Positions 1 through 9,966 are shown, counted from the whole stretch's first letter. The stretch: 63,371 bases of DNA, filler included, from a bacterium UBP13_UBA5359 (GCA_002410925.1; 3 parts of 3 records of this genome joined end to end with filler, not necessarily neighbours in it); one strand, 5' to 3'. Numbers and translations are program-made. Notes: generated by a model from the letters alone, not told the origin.

Positions 1-82
1 TCTCGGACTTATGCCCGGGGAATGCCTCTTTGGGTAAGGAAGAGAGCTCTACAACCTGACAGCTGCCAAAATATAACCCCCT

Positions 83-1348
83 TTAAGATCGTAAGATCGG
101 AGGATAGTAAATAAACAGATGGCTGATCCTGTCTGCCTCTCCTAGATATATCTCACCCCATTTGCCGGTAACGGCGGCGGTGAATTCATAGCCGTACCAG
201 TGCTCTTCCACAGCGGCCAGAGGCACGCCGAGATCTCGCAACTCTCTGGTCTGAGGATTATAGTTGAAGAGATGGGCACAGCCGTTCTCTTCTCCTCCTA
301 TGCCGTAGACTCTGCCGTCCAGGCCTACAGTCAGGGCTCTGATGCGCTCCTCCTTGACGGGTTTTCCCAGGTTGATGATACTGCCTGCCTCGGTATCCAT
401 AATAAAGAGCAGGCCGTCGTTGGTGCCGCCGTAGATAAGCGGGCTCTCTTCATCTTTGGCCCAGCTGTCCACTCGGCTGTAAAGCTCTCTGCCTTTAAGG
501 CTGGGTATCCTTTGGGGCAGATCTTCAATCTCTTCTGTCTCGGGAATGTACCTGAAGAGTCGCCCTTCTGCTTTAGCCCCGTAGATCAAACCGTCATCCG
601 CTATGACCAAGGGCAGGGAGTACTCATCGGTATCATCGGCTCTGCCCGCTATCTTCGTCTCGTTTCTTTCTATGTCATAGCAGAATAGATGGCTGTGCTT
701 GTTGCTCATACCATATAGATATCTGCTATCGCTGCTCATTACCAGACTGCTGATGCCTTCACTCGGTATGGGCTCTGCCAGCTTCTCTATCCGGCCGTTG
801 GCATGGTAGGCATCGTCTATGGTGCTCATGACCATATCCTGAGGCGGAGTATCCATAACTTTACGGGCTTCGCCTTCGCCATATTCGAACTTGAAGCTCT
901 TGAACAGGTATTCGCACGGCTTGTAAACGAAGATTTCCCCGCTGCCCTCCCCATCCAGACTCTCGGTAACGCCGAATATGCGCCCATCGGGATGAGCTGC
1001 CAGTGACGTTACTCTGGCATTATCTGCGATTATACCTATATCCACTATCGTATCGGCATCCGGAGCAGGATCATAGAAGAAGAGATGAGATCTCTTCCCT
1101 CCGGTGCCGCCGAATATCCTGCCACGCCGGTCTCTGACCAGAGCGCCTATGGCGCTCTCTTCCGGCGGAATTGGCCTGGTGAAGTGCTTCGGCCCCAGGT
1201 TTCTCGTCTGAATATGCCCCTCTTCAACGAAGGCCGATTTAATGTAGTTGGATCTATATAGAAGCAGCTTCTTTCTGCCTTCATTCTGAAACCTTGCCTC
1301 CTGCTCAGGAGGTATAGGCCACTCTTTTTCATCGAGATTCAATGTCAT
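83..1348 (-). CDS. Hypothetical beta-propeller protein (repeated blade motifs)
   Basis: 421-aa ORF with GGAGGG RBS; recurring units such as DGRIFG, DGLIYG, LIYGG and DGRVYG followed by LFxYxP, typical of beta-propeller blades; no signal peptide. Confidence 0.7.
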   Translation of the reverse strand: MTLNLDEKEWPIPPEQEARFQNEGRKKLLLYRSNYIKSAFVEEGHIQTRNLGPKHFTRPIPPEESAIGALVRDRRGRIFGGTGGKRSHLFFYDPAPDADTIVDIGIIADNARVTSLAAHPDGRIFGVTESLDGEGSGEIFVYKPCEYLFKSFKFEYGEGEARKVMDTPPQDMVMSTIDDAYHANGRIEKLAEPIPSEGISSLVMSSDSRYLYGMSNKHSHLFCYDIERNETKIAGRADDTDEYSLPLVIADDGLIYGAKAEGRLFRYIPETEEIEDLPQRIPSLKGRELYSRVDSWAKDEESPLIYGGTNDGLLFIMDTEAGSIINLGKPVKEERIRALTVGLDGRVYGIGGEENGCAHLFNYNPQTRELRDLGVPLAAVEEHWYGYEFTAAVTGKWGEIYLGEADRISHLFIYYPPILRS

Positions 1349-1375
1349 AATCCATACCCTCCGCTCACCTTTAAA

Positions 1376-2659
1376 TCAACCCCAGCTGCGAATAATGCCC
1401 TGCGGACAAACACCGTTTTGCAAACCGCCTGCAGGGGTGTATTTGAACATCCTGCTAGGGCGCATACCTGCATCGGCAAAATAGAGATTACCCTCATAAT
1501 CCCTGGCAGCCCGGCAGATGTGATCCGGATAAATATCCCCGTCATGGATTGCCCCCAAATCCTCCTTGGCAAGGCTGTCGGGATCGATCCTGATCAGATG
1601 GCTTTTGTGATCCAAACTAGCAAGGTTCATAGCCATATATAGATAACCGTCAAGCCCAAAAACCAATCCGCCGGTATGGTCATCCTTGATATCCCACCAT
1701 GTCTTTATCTTCGGGCCGTAGGGTTTCCCCAGGTCTTCCATTCTTCCCTGGCTTCCCTCTTCCGGAAAGTAACGAAAGAGTTTGACATCAAAATCCCAGG
1801 TCACGCCATAAATAACCCGGCCATTCGGCGAGGCGACCGCATCATACAGCACCGTATGAAAACCGTTGCGGCATGCGGCATGCGGTACCCGAACATCCAG
1901 CTCCTCCAGCCTTTCTTTCTCTACGTCATAACGAATTATGAAACCGTAATCATTTGTAGTGTAACCATTGCCGGCCCTGTCAAGAAAAATGCACTGGGGA
2001 TTGAAGGATCCTATACGTCCGTAATCCTTAACGCGCCGAGCAGCAATGTCATAAACAAAGAAGTGGTCCTGCGGATAGGTAACACCGTAAATAAGCTCTC
2101 TTTCTTGATTCAAGGCCATGCAACGAGTGCTTTGTCGGGGCACCAGATCATCCCTGAAAAGGACTTCTCCGGTTGCAGGATTATACCCGAAGATTTTAGA
2201 GCCGGAAAATCGCTTGCTTGAATCCGACCAGGTGTGCCAGGGACGCCAGACAAAGTCGCCGATGGGCGGACAGGTACAGTGAGTAGCCGCATAGAGCATA
2301 CCATCTTCCGATGGTAAGAGACAGTAATGAACCTTGCCGTGTGTCGGCTGGCCATTGTCAACCGGTATGCCAAGGACATCCGCTACCTCCAGAAGATAGC
2401 TTAGCTTATCCCCGGCTGGATCATAAGAAGCTATATAAGCGCTCAGTCCTCCCGCCATCTCCCCGCATATACCGATATAGATCAAGCCATCCGCACCTGT
2501 GACGATTGACCAGGTGGTATCATGCATAGGCAATTTATCAAAGACTATAGCTTTAAAGCTCACCTTGCTATTTTTGTTACCTGTACTCTTTGTGCACACT
2601 AACTTTGTCAATGGCAACCTTATCACCGCTCTCCAGGAATACTTATTATAGGCCGGCAA
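1376..2659 (-). CDS. Hypothetical beta-propeller protein, distantly similar to downstream gene; true start may be TTG near 2619
   Basis: 427-aa ORF with DGLIYIG, DGMLYAA, NGRVIYG, DGYLYM repeats and YDP turns; co-oriented with and 27 nt from the next gene. Confidence 0.7.
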   Translation of the reverse strand: MPAYNKYSWRAVIRLPLTKLVCTKSTGNKNSKVSFKAIVFDKLPMHDTTWSIVTGADGLIYIGICGEMAGGLSAYIASYDPAGDKLSYLLEVADVLGIPVDNGQPTHGKVHYCLLPSEDGMLYAATHCTCPPIGDFVWRPWHTWSDSSKRFSGSKIFGYNPATGEVLFRDDLVPRQSTRCMALNQERELIYGVTYPQDHFFVYDIAARRVKDYGRIGSFNPQCIFLDRAGNGYTTNDYGFIIRYDVEKERLEELDVRVPHAACRNGFHTVLYDAVASPNGRVIYGVTWDFDVKLFRYFPEEGSQGRMEDLGKPYGPKIKTWWDIKDDHTGGLVFGLDGYLYMAMNLASLDHKSHLIRIDPDSLAKEDLGAIHDGDIYPDHICRAARDYEGNLYFADAGMRPSRMFKYTPAGGLQNGVCPQGIIRSWG

Positions 2660-2677
2660 TCGTTATAACATATATTA

Positions 2678-2725
2678 ACATGTCTAAACATGTACAAATT
2701 ATACCCTTGGTTTCCGCTTTGTCAA
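2678..2725 (-). promoter_or_regulatory. Consensus sigma70 promoter with adjacent GntR-type operator
   Basis: On minus strand TTGACA (2725-2720), 16 nt, TATAAT (2703-2698); imperfect palindrome ACATGTCTAAACATGT (2678-2693) covers the expected start site and fits the GT-N-TA-N-AC pattern of GntR-family sites. Confidence 0.7.
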
Positions 2726-2818
2726 GGGCTTATAAAATAATTTTTGCCGTAGTTATTAAGGTATACCCCATATTTAGTACAACAGAAGGATAAAACTAAG
2801 GTGGTTTTTTGTGCCGGA

Positions 2819-2902
2819 GGTGATGCCCGGATGACCGCTGCCCTGATTGACAGGCTGGTGCATCACAGCCATCTGCTGATCTTTGATGGGGTAAGCAGAT
2901 GA
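2819..2902 (+). pseudogene. IS21-family IstB helper ATPase C-terminal remnant
   Basis: Manual translation GDARMTAALIDRLVHHSHLLIFDG matches the IstB T-A-A-x-x-D-R-L-x-H-H motif. Confidence 0.75.
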
Positions 2903-2925
2903 CTTAGCAGTTCGCTTATGGGAAC

Positions 2926-3485
2926 TTAAAAATTCCCCACCCTGTGCCTGGGGAATGGCTTTTGCAAAACTGGGGAATTTGGGCTTGCAAAAAACATCAA
3001 TGCCAGAAACTTCTGCGGCTGCCAAGGTGCCAGATGCTTCTGCGGCTTGCGTTCAACCTTGGGACAATTCACCAGTTCGGCTACATTGCGGGGCAGCATC
3101 TCCCATTTTACGGCACGTGACAGAGCCCCGAACAGCACACCACAGGTTACCTCCGCGATTTTGGCGGACTGGCCTTCATCCATGATCTTGTTTATCATTC
3201 GCTTTATATCTGAAGGGAAGAGCTTGTCCAGCATAATACAACCGAGGTAGGCTTGAGCCTGAGCCGGATGTGCACCTCATAGTTCTCCTGTGCCTTGGGT
3301 GCCAGACGGCGCCGTTCCGATTCGAGCCATTCGTCAAGATATGCTCCTACCGTGATTTTGCCGGCGTTAGCCGCAGAGCCTTTCCGGATCTCTATGAGCA
3401 TATCTATAAGAGCGTCCTTGGCATCCCTTTGATCCTTGAAGAACCTATATCGACGTTTGCCGTCCCAGGGCAGAGTAATAGCCAC
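2926..3485 (-). pseudogene. Frameshifted N-terminal remnant of a tyrosine integrase (core-binding region; catalytic domain missing)
   Basis: Overlapping ORFs 3204-3485 (KITVGAYLDEWLE...ENYEVHIRLRLKP) and 2926-3234 (LDKLFPSDIK...ALSRAVKWEMLPRNVAELVNCPK) read as consecutive parts of a phage integrase. Confidence 0.75.
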
Positions 3486-3686
3486 CGCTGATATTCTTGA
3501 TGCTCAATATCAATCTCATGATGACCTTTTCCTGCTCTGCCTCAGGCAGTATCTCATCAAAGCTTTTCTTCAACGCTTCAAAAGTATCCAACCTGTATCC
3601 GAGTCTCTCGTCTTGAGTATAAACTTCTTTCCTGCAGTAGTAACGGCGATATATCAGCTTCAGCAAATCCATTATCCCGGCATCGT

Positions 3687-3860
3687 TTACCGGTTGCCCG
3701 GCAAGGCATAAATGCCACGGCCAACTTTATAGATAGCTCCTTCCTCAGCCATTTTGCTTAGATAATGCCGTGGTATTGCGGCCTCAGTAACTTGCGTCGC
3801 GGTAATGAAGCCTTTGTTATTTTTTAGAATTTGATAAATTGTTTCTGAATTGCTTGTCAT
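3687..3860 (-). pseudogene. Truncated type IV TA AbiEi-family antitoxin (N-terminal wHTH only, 57 aa)
   Basis: Manual translation MTSNSETIYQILKNNKGFITATQVTEAAIPRHYLSKMAEEGAIYKVGRGIYALPGNR*; not in the ORF track. Confidence 0.75.
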
Positions 3861-3878
3861 AGCCTTGGCACCTGCTTT

Positions 3879-3925
3879 TGTACATTTATGCTATGAACTA
3901 TAGCACATGAAAGCATGAATGTACA
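3879..3925. promoter_or_regulatory. 14-bp inverted repeat upstream of abiEi remnant, probable autoregulatory operator
   Basis: TGTACATTTATGCT ... AGCATGAATGTACA (13/14 complementary); AbiE antitoxins autorepress through long promoter inverted repeats. Confidence 0.6.
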
Positions 3926-3947
3926 GGGGCATCAATAGGCTTCAAAA

Positions 3948-5090
3948 TCAAGTTAGCGCAGCCTTGGCGCTGCTGCTACGCAATATAAGTTCCGGTGCAA
4001 TAACGCGGTGATATGGGCCTTCGCCGATGGCGGCTGCGTCCACCTTCCTTAACAGTATTTCCGCCGCTTCCTGTCCCTGACGATAGAAGGGTTGAGCAAC
4101 AGTAGTAAGTGAAGGAGTGCAACGCTCGGCAAAGGCCTGGTTGTCAAAGCCGACAACAGAGATATCGCCGGGTATGGACAACCCCTTATCCGCTATGGCT
4201 CTCATGGCTTCGCGAGCCAAAAAGTCGTTGGTGGCAAAGATAGCCGTGGGCCGCTCCTTTAGCAGATCCAGGGCCTCGTTATATCCCTCTTGGCCTGACG
4301 GCTCGCTCTTTTCTGCATCGGCTCTCTCCAGATGTCTGACCAGAGCCGGATCGTGGACAAGGCCATATCTGGCCAGAGCTTCGCGATATCCCTCAAGGCG
4401 ATCCTCGATAGCCGTGCACTTCAAGCCCGGAATAATCCCTATTCTCTTATGTCCCAGCTTTATCAAATGCTCAGTGGCCAGAAATCCGCCTTTCTTATTA
4501 TCGGTAACAACGTAATCCGTTTCCAGCTCCCGGAAGTACCTGTCAATCAACACAAAGGGATAGCCGGCCATCTTCAATTCAAACAGGGCTTCAGCATTAG
4601 TCCTGCCCCAGTTGGGGAAGATGATAGCCCCCTTTTCTTTGCCCTCCAGCAATAACTTCAGGTTCTTGTTCTCCTGCTCGATGTTCCTCTGAGAATTGAA
4701 GATTGTTAGAATGAAGCCGGCTGCGTTTAAAGCATCTTCTATTCCCCGGTATATTTGGAAATCGGAATCTTCCAGTCCGGGGATAACAAGAGCAATCCTG
4801 CCCTGTTCACCTAATTGCAAATTGGACACATGTTCACTGACAAAGCTGCCCTTGCCGGCTACAGCATAAATTATGCCCTGATTCTGAAGCTCCTTGAGAG
4901 CACTGCGGACGGAACCCCGGCTGATGCCGTATTCCTTAACCAGTTTGCCTTCCGAGGGAAGAGCATCGCCCGGTTTAAGCTCGCCTTTACGTATCTTGAC
5001 AGCTATGCTCTTCTGCAAGTGCCGGTATATTGGCTGGGGACATTTGCTCCTCTTGTTTCTTCTGCTTGCGTTGTTTAACATGGTTTTCAC
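3948..5090 (-). CDS. GntR-HTH / LacI-type sensor chimeric regulator (AraR-like)
   Basis: N-terminal LPSEGKLVKEYGISRGSVRSAL...GKGSFV; C-terminal periplasmic-binding fold (PTAIFATND, PGDISVVGFD, PSLTTVAQP). Confidence 0.9.
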   Translation of the reverse strand: MKTMLNNASRRNKRSKCPQPIYRHLQKSIAVKIRKGELKPGDALPSEGKLVKEYGISRGSVRSALKELQNQGIIYAVAGKGSFVSEHVSNLQLGEQGRIALVIPGLEDSDFQIYRGIEDALNAAGFILTIFNSQRNIEQENKNLKLLLEGKEKGAIIFPNWGRTNAEALFELKMAGYPFVLIDRYFRELETDYVVTDNKKGGFLATEHLIKLGHKRIGIIPGLKCTAIEDRLEGYREALARYGLVHDPALVRHLERADAEKSEPSGQEGYNEALDLLKERPTAIFATNDFLAREAMRAIADKGLSIPGDISVVGFDNQAFAERCTPSLTTVAQPFYRQGQEAAEILLRKVDAAAIGEGPYHRVIAPELILRSSSAKAALT

Positions 5091-5131
5091 TATCCGAACA
5101 GCTTCACTAGCTGAAATTTCTAACTGTGCAG

Positions 5132-5160
5132 AGTATAGTGAAAAAATTTTTTGCTGTCAA
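5132..5160 (-). promoter_or_regulatory. sigma70 promoter for the regulator
   Basis: Minus strand TTGACA (5160-5155), 17 nt, TATACT (5137-5132). Confidence 0.65.
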
Positions 5161-5257
5161 ACGTGCTGTTGAGGTTCCATAACGTATTGGCTGTTGAGAT
5201 GGCAGGTCGACAGAGTCCAACGTGCTTCTGAACTTTTGCACAAGAGCAGCAAACGGA

Positions 5258-6391
5258 TTAAAAAGCCGCTTGCTGCGCCAATCGAACTATGGTCTCATAG
5301 TTAGTCATTGTCCTCAGGCTTATCTTACGCCCATAAGGAGATGCTGAGGGCATCAGCACAAATCCTCTGCCACTGCCGGATGTGCCCTCCAACAAAGAAC
5401 GCTCCACAACCTTCTCAAAAGCAATCGGGTCCATGGTCTCGATATCACTGATTTCCAAGTTACCAAAAAGCACCATGCTTTGTCCATATTCACACCTGAT
5501 TTCGCAAAGTTCCATATCTCCCTGCGGCGGTGGTTCCAGCGGATCTAAGGCATCTATACCCATTTCAGCTAGATACGGCATTATGCCTCGTAACCGCCCG
5601 TGCGAGTGAATACGAGCATACCCACCATATTTCTTTACTATCTGTACCAGAGGTTCGGTATACTTTACTACGTATTCCCCAAAAAGCCTCGGCGGCAGAT
5701 AGGGTTCAGCAGCATATTCAGAACCAACTATACGCCAAAGCCTTCCGGAAAACTCTTTGGATACTCTCTCTGCATACGAGTAAAGAATCCTGGCGTGCTT
5801 TTCCAGCAAAGCATGAAATAATTTCTGTTCGGTAAGAGCAATAACCATATAGTTTTCCATACTGAATAACCCAGCCGCCAAACCTATGGGGTCCGGCACA
5901 TCTACCATAACTATACCGCTATCTCCAACTGCTTTTTCTGCTTTGTAAAGACCGTGTAAATCCGGCTTGGATATCAACACTTCATCTGGTAGTTGTAAAT
6001 AAGATTGCAAATCGTCTGTATCTTTTAAAAGGTGCTCAAGAGTCCAAACGGTGTCAATATCAGGATCACGCCTGGTCAAACTGGTCAATTCTCTTTCTGC
6101 CGCTTTGATGGTTGTTCGGTAGAAAAGTGAGCCGTCTTTCATATACTCTTCTTCCCGAAAGAACTCTTGCCGCATTACACTCGGTATGCAAAAAGGATTA
6201 CACATCCTTATCAGGTCAGTATGCTCTTCTGCTAATTGAAGCAACGGTTTCCAGGAAGGATCGTTATAGACGTTAAATGGATTGGGATCTTGCGGTTCAA
6301 TCTGAAAGCCGCCAATTTCATAGAAATTAACGGCTGGCCGATCTACTTGTTCTCCGCGTAAAGTAGCCATAAGACGCTCTCTTCCGGTCAT
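5258..6391 (-). CDS. Uroporphyrinogen decarboxylase (UroD/MtaA-like) family protein
   Basis: MTGRERLMATLRGEQVDRPAV start with GAGGGA RBS; HSHG motif, GIDALDPLEPP, VLFGNL, GFVLMPS. Confidence 0.85.
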   Translation of the reverse strand: MTGRERLMATLRGEQVDRPAVNFYEIGGFQIEPQDPNPFNVYNDPSWKPLLQLAEEHTDLIRMCNPFCIPSVMRQEFFREEEYMKDGSLFYRTTIKAAERELTSLTRRDPDIDTVWTLEHLLKDTDDLQSYLQLPDEVLISKPDLHGLYKAEKAVGDSGIVMVDVPDPIGLAAGLFSMENYMVIALTEQKLFHALLEKHARILYSYAERVSKEFSGRLWRIVGSEYAAEPYLPPRLFGEYVVKYTEPLVQIVKKYGGYARIHSHGRLRGIMPYLAEMGIDALDPLEPPPQGDMELCEIRCEYGQSMVLFGNLEISDIETMDPIAFEKVVERSLLEGTSGSGRGFVLMPSASPYGRKISLRTMTNYETIVRLAQQAAF

Positions 6392-6493
6392 ACTTCCCTC
6401 CCGCGGCAAATTATCCTTGCCTGTTTGTTTTTGATTTCTCGCTCTCATTTAGCAGCTGGCATATGGACTGTACCCGAAAAAACGGACACTTCG

Positions 6494-7303
6494 TTAAGCA
6501 GCTTTCCTGAGGACGGCGGCCTCATGTTCAGCCGGGGTTTTGTACCCCAACTGTGAATGCAGCCGCTGCCGGTTATAGAATATTTCGATGTAATCGAAAA
6601 TATCCCTTCTTGCCTCCTCCCTGGTCCGATACCTCTTGTGGTGGATCAGCTCCATCTTCAGGGCTGAATAGAAGCTTTCCGCCACTGCATTGTCCCAACA
6701 GTTCCCCTTGCGGCTCATTGAGCATACCATGCCGTAATCTTTAAGCAGCTCTCGATACTCATTGCTGGCATACTGGCTGCCCCTGTCGGAATGGTGGATC
6801 AGCCCCTCCCCGGGCTTACGACGTTCTACCGCCATTCTCAGGGCGTCCATGACTAGTTTCCTGCTCAGGTCTTCGCCCATGGACCAGCCCACAATGCCTC
6901 TGCCGCAAAGGTCCTGTACCGTGGACAGATACAGCCAGCCCTCGTCTGTCGGTATGTACGTGATATCGTTGACCCAAACCTTGTTCAGCGCCTCTACCGT
7001 GAAATTCCTGTCCAGCAGATTCGGAGCCACCGGATAATTATGCTTTGAATTGGTCGCTGCCTTAAACTTCCTCCTGCGCTTTGATTGTATACCATTATCC
7101 CGCATCAGGCGAGCCACTCTATTCCGGGAACAAAGCTTCCCTTTGCGCTTAAGGGCCGCGTGGACCCGGTTGACACCGTATGTCTTTCTGCTCTTCTTGT
7201 GCACGATCCGAATATCCTCCAGCAGCTTTCGGTTCCCCCTGGACCGTTCGCTCTCAGGCCGATGCACCCATTCGTAATAGCCGCTTACAGATACCTGTAG
7301 CAT
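6494..7303 (-). CDS. IS3 transposase OrfB (DDE core); frame extends upstream to the frameshift site near 7393
   Basis: WVNDITYI, HHSDRGSQY, SRKGNCWDNAVAESFY motifs. Confidence 0.92.
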   Translation of the reverse strand: MLQVSVSGYYEWVHRPESERSRGNRKLLEDIRIVHKKSRKTYGVNRVHAALKRKGKLCSRNRVARLMRDNGIQSKRRRKFKAATNSKHNYPVAPNLLDRNFTVEALNKVWVNDITYIPTDEGWLYLSTVQDLCGRGIVGWSMGEDLSRKLVMDALRMAVERRKPGEGLIHHSDRGSQYASNEYRELLKDYGMVCSMSRKGNCWDNAVAESFYSALKMELIHHKRYRTREEARRDIFDYIEIFYNRQRLHSQLGYKTPAEHEAAVLRKAA

Positions 7304-7359
7304 CCGGCATTGTATCCTGATGGAGAACTGCTTGGCGTTTTCACATACAAACGAGTATC

Positions 7360-7641
7360 TTACGGCAGTTCCTTCGTGAAGATACCCACTGCTTTTTTTA
7401 ATATGTCACGCTCCACGGTCAACACTTTGGTCTCTCGCCGCAGACGGATCAACTCCTCCCGCTCATCCGGGGTCAGCCTGCCGCCGCTGTTGGCCTTCGT
7501 TCCATAGGTCTTCACCCATCGGGATAACACTGAATCGCAGATACCCAGATCCCTGGCTATCCGTGCCCTGCTGGCTCCTCCCTGCTCTACCAGCTTTACC
7601 GCCTCCAACTTGAACTCATTGTCAAATCTTCTCTTCTCCAT
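7360..7641 (-). CDS. IS3 transposase OrfA (HTH + leucine zipper)
   Basis: RRFDNEFKLEAVKLV...ERDILKKAVGIF; A7 slippery run at 7393-7399 (minus strand), and the -1 frame is open into orfB. Confidence 0.9.
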   Translation of the reverse strand: MEKRRFDNEFKLEAVKLVEQGGASRARIARDLGICDSVLSRWVKTYGTKANSGGRLTPDEREELIRLRRETKVLTVERDILKKAVGIFTKELP

Positions 7642-7703
7642 TTAAAGACACCTCCACTTTTATTATACCTTGCTATCGAGGTGTCCGGGTAATCGGGTAC
7701 AAT

Positions 7704-8501
7704 TCAATAAAAGCAACTGGTTAAGAATTCAAGCATTTCTCTCTCAAACAAGAATTCTACCTTATCAAAAGGCAAACTATCATCCGTAGTCATGGTGTGT
7801 TTGCGATCTTTTGCCTCCATAAAAACCGGGCTATGCCCAGCACTCCGTAACAATGAAACCATTTTCTTTGACTGCTCCACCGGCACAATGTTGTCAACCG
7901 TTCCATGCGCTATCCAAAGCTTGGGAGCGTGCAAATAAATATGATTGATCGGTGAGGCTTCTTTATATGCATCGGCTTTCTCTAAAGGCGTTCCCCCCAT
8001 GAAATCGGAGGTCATAGTATTTCCACGAATCTGATCATGAGCATACTGCTTCACAAGATCCATTATTCCGCAATAATCAACTATACCTTTTATTTTACAT
8101 ATATCGTCTTCCTCTTTAGTTGCTCGCAATCCGGACAACATAGCCAGATGGCCTCCTGCTGAACCACCAAGCAGAATACAATGATTCGAATCCAACCGAT
8201 AATTCCAACCATTTCTTTTCAGCCATTTAAATAGATGTACAATATCATGGTAAGCTGCAGGATAATGAGCTTCCCTAAAAACTCTATAGCTGCAAAGTAC
8301 AAAAGCTATTCCCGTAGGCTTAATCCGAGGCCAAAAATGACTATAAGAATTACGATCTCCAGCTTCCCATCCCCCTCCATGAATACCTAAAATATAGGGA
8401 AATATTCCTTCTCCTTCAGGCAAATAAATATTTATGAGCCCTCTGTCTCCCAGGGGTGGATTGGTCTGAATATCCTTAAATGTTGGAGTTTGAATAGGCA
8501 T
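7704..8501 (-). CDS. Alpha/beta hydrolase (HSL-like esterase)
   Basis: HGGGW oxyanion motif, GGSAGG nucleophile elbow, HGTVDNIVP, C-terminal His. Confidence 0.88.
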   Translation of the reverse strand: MPIQTPTFKDIQTNPPLGDRGLINIYLPEGEGIFPYILGIHGGGWEAGDRNSYSHFWPRIKPTGIAFVLCSYRVFREAHYPAAYHDIVHLFKWLKRNGWNYRLDSNHCILLGGSAGGHLAMLSGLRATKEEDDICKIKGIVDYCGIMDLVKQYAHDQIRGNTMTSDFMGGTPLEKADAYKEASPINHIYLHAPKLWIAHGTVDNIVPVEQSKKMVSLLRSAGHSPVFMEAKDRKHTMTTDDSLPFDKVEFLFEREMLEFLTSCFY

Positions 8502-8616
8502 ATAATCACCTCATTACCATTTTGCATCAAGCATGCATACCTTCAGCATGCAAAACGGCGCGCGTCTTTACTCTATCTCTTTATCTCTCTCAGTTTGAGA
8601 ATATGATTTATTACCT

Positions 8617-9966
8617 CTAGACGCCTGCTTTTATGAGAATCTTTCTTATTTCAGCGCCATTCAGAGATGACGGAGGCACTCCCTTTTCAACAGATATTGC
8701 CGCCGCAACTCCCGCAGCCTCTCCGGTTGCCATGCAGCATGGTATAAACCGCGTAGAGGCCAGTGCCCGGCTGGTGGTGGATATGCATCTTCCGGCCACC
8801 AGCAGATTATCCACATTCTTGGATACTAGGCATCTGTAAGGAATATCGTACGGGTGTGCCTGCGTCCAGCTTTGACTTCCTTCAGGGCTGTGAACATCCA
8901 TCGGAGTGCTGTTTTGTGCAATGGCATCATCAAACTTTCTGCCGTTAACTATATCCTCCTCAGTGAGTATGTACCTGCCCATTACCCTGCGTGTCTCCCT
9001 GACGCCTATAGCGGCTGATCCCCTATCCATCCGTATGCTGTTTTTAAAACCGGGGATGTATTTTTTTGCGATTGCAACCATATCGGCAAGCTGTTTTGCT
9101 GATATTACCTCTGCACGAGTTAAATCTAAAACGTTCGTACCATCAGCACCTGCAACGGTGGACCCGCTTAATTCTACCTTGGGGTCTCCTCTTTTGCCGT
9201 TTATCCATATGGTGTCATACCCTATGGATAGGCCGCTTTCATCCTTTGCCCTCTTTATGAACTGCGTGAAACCACTCGCAGCAAAAACAGACCCGTTATC
9301 AATAAACTCCTTTATATCCTCTGGATGCTCTTTATTATAGCTATGGATGAAAGTGATAAGACTGGCAGTATCTACATTATCCATAGTAGGTCCGCAGAGT
9401 GTCATAGCCTGGGTTCTGCCATCCTGCGGACGGCCGATTTCACAGGAAGCCCCGGCTCGCGCAGCTACATCAGCATCCCCAGTGGCATCAATGACAATCT
9501 TTGATGTAATAGCCTGCCTGCCGGATTTGCTTTCTATGATGACGCCGCAGATTTTGCAATCTTCTACAATGCTGTCTGCAATCCAACTATGGAAAAGCAA
9601 CCTTGCGCCAGCTTTTTCCAGCATGCTTATACTGACTTCCTTGAAGACGTCCAGCGCCACCTCAATCATGAGCCCGCCTATTATTGGATTATGGAACTCC
9701 CGAGTAATGCCGTCTTCTCTGCGCAGCCGCTCGATAACCTCCCGCATGATTCCGCCGTGAACTTTGGGATTGTATCCACCTATCCATTTCATAGGGCATG
9801 CGGTAACCGTTCCGCCCAGAAACCCGTATCGTTCCACCAGGATGGTATCTACCCCGCTCCTGGCCGCAGAAAGCGCGGCGCTAATACCGGCCACGCCTCC
9901 GCCCGCCACTATTACATCTGCATTAAGTGCGATAGGAATTTCTCTTGCCGCTTCTTTTATGTCCAT
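8617..9966 (-). CDS. FAD-dependent oxidoreductase
   Basis: DVIVAGGGVAG, IDATGDAD, GVRETRR, YDIPYRCL, NLLVAGRCIS motifs. Confidence 0.9.
   Translation of the reverse strand: MDIKEAAREIPIALNADVIVAGGGVAGISAALSAARSGVDTILVERYGFLGGTVTACPMKWIGGYNPKVHGGIMREVIERLRREDGITREFHNPIIGGLMIEVALDVFKEVSISMLEKAGARLLFHSWIADSIVEDCKICGVIIESKSGRQAITSKIVIDATGDADVAARAGASCEIGRPQDGRTQAMTLCGPTMDNVDTASLITFIHSYNKEHPEDIKEFIDNGSVFAASGFTQFIKRAKDESGLSIGYDTIWINGKRGDPKVELSGSTVAGADGTNVLDLTRAEVISAKQLADMVAIAKKYIPGFKNSIRMDRGSAAIGVRETRRVMGRYILTEEDIVNGRKFDDAIAQNSTPMDVHSPEGSQSWTQAHPYDIPYRCLVSKNVDNLLVAGRCISTTSRALASTRFIPCCMATGEAAGVAAAISVEKGVPPSSLNGAEIRKILIKAGV

Larger units (their letters stand above)
6469..7701 (-). mobile_element. IS3-family insertion sequence, ~1233 bp, apparently intact
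   Basis: Imperfect terminal IRs TGTACCCGAAAAAACGGACACTTCG / TGTACCCGATTACCCGGACACCTCG with TG...CA ends, enclosing orfA and orfB. Confidence 0.92.
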
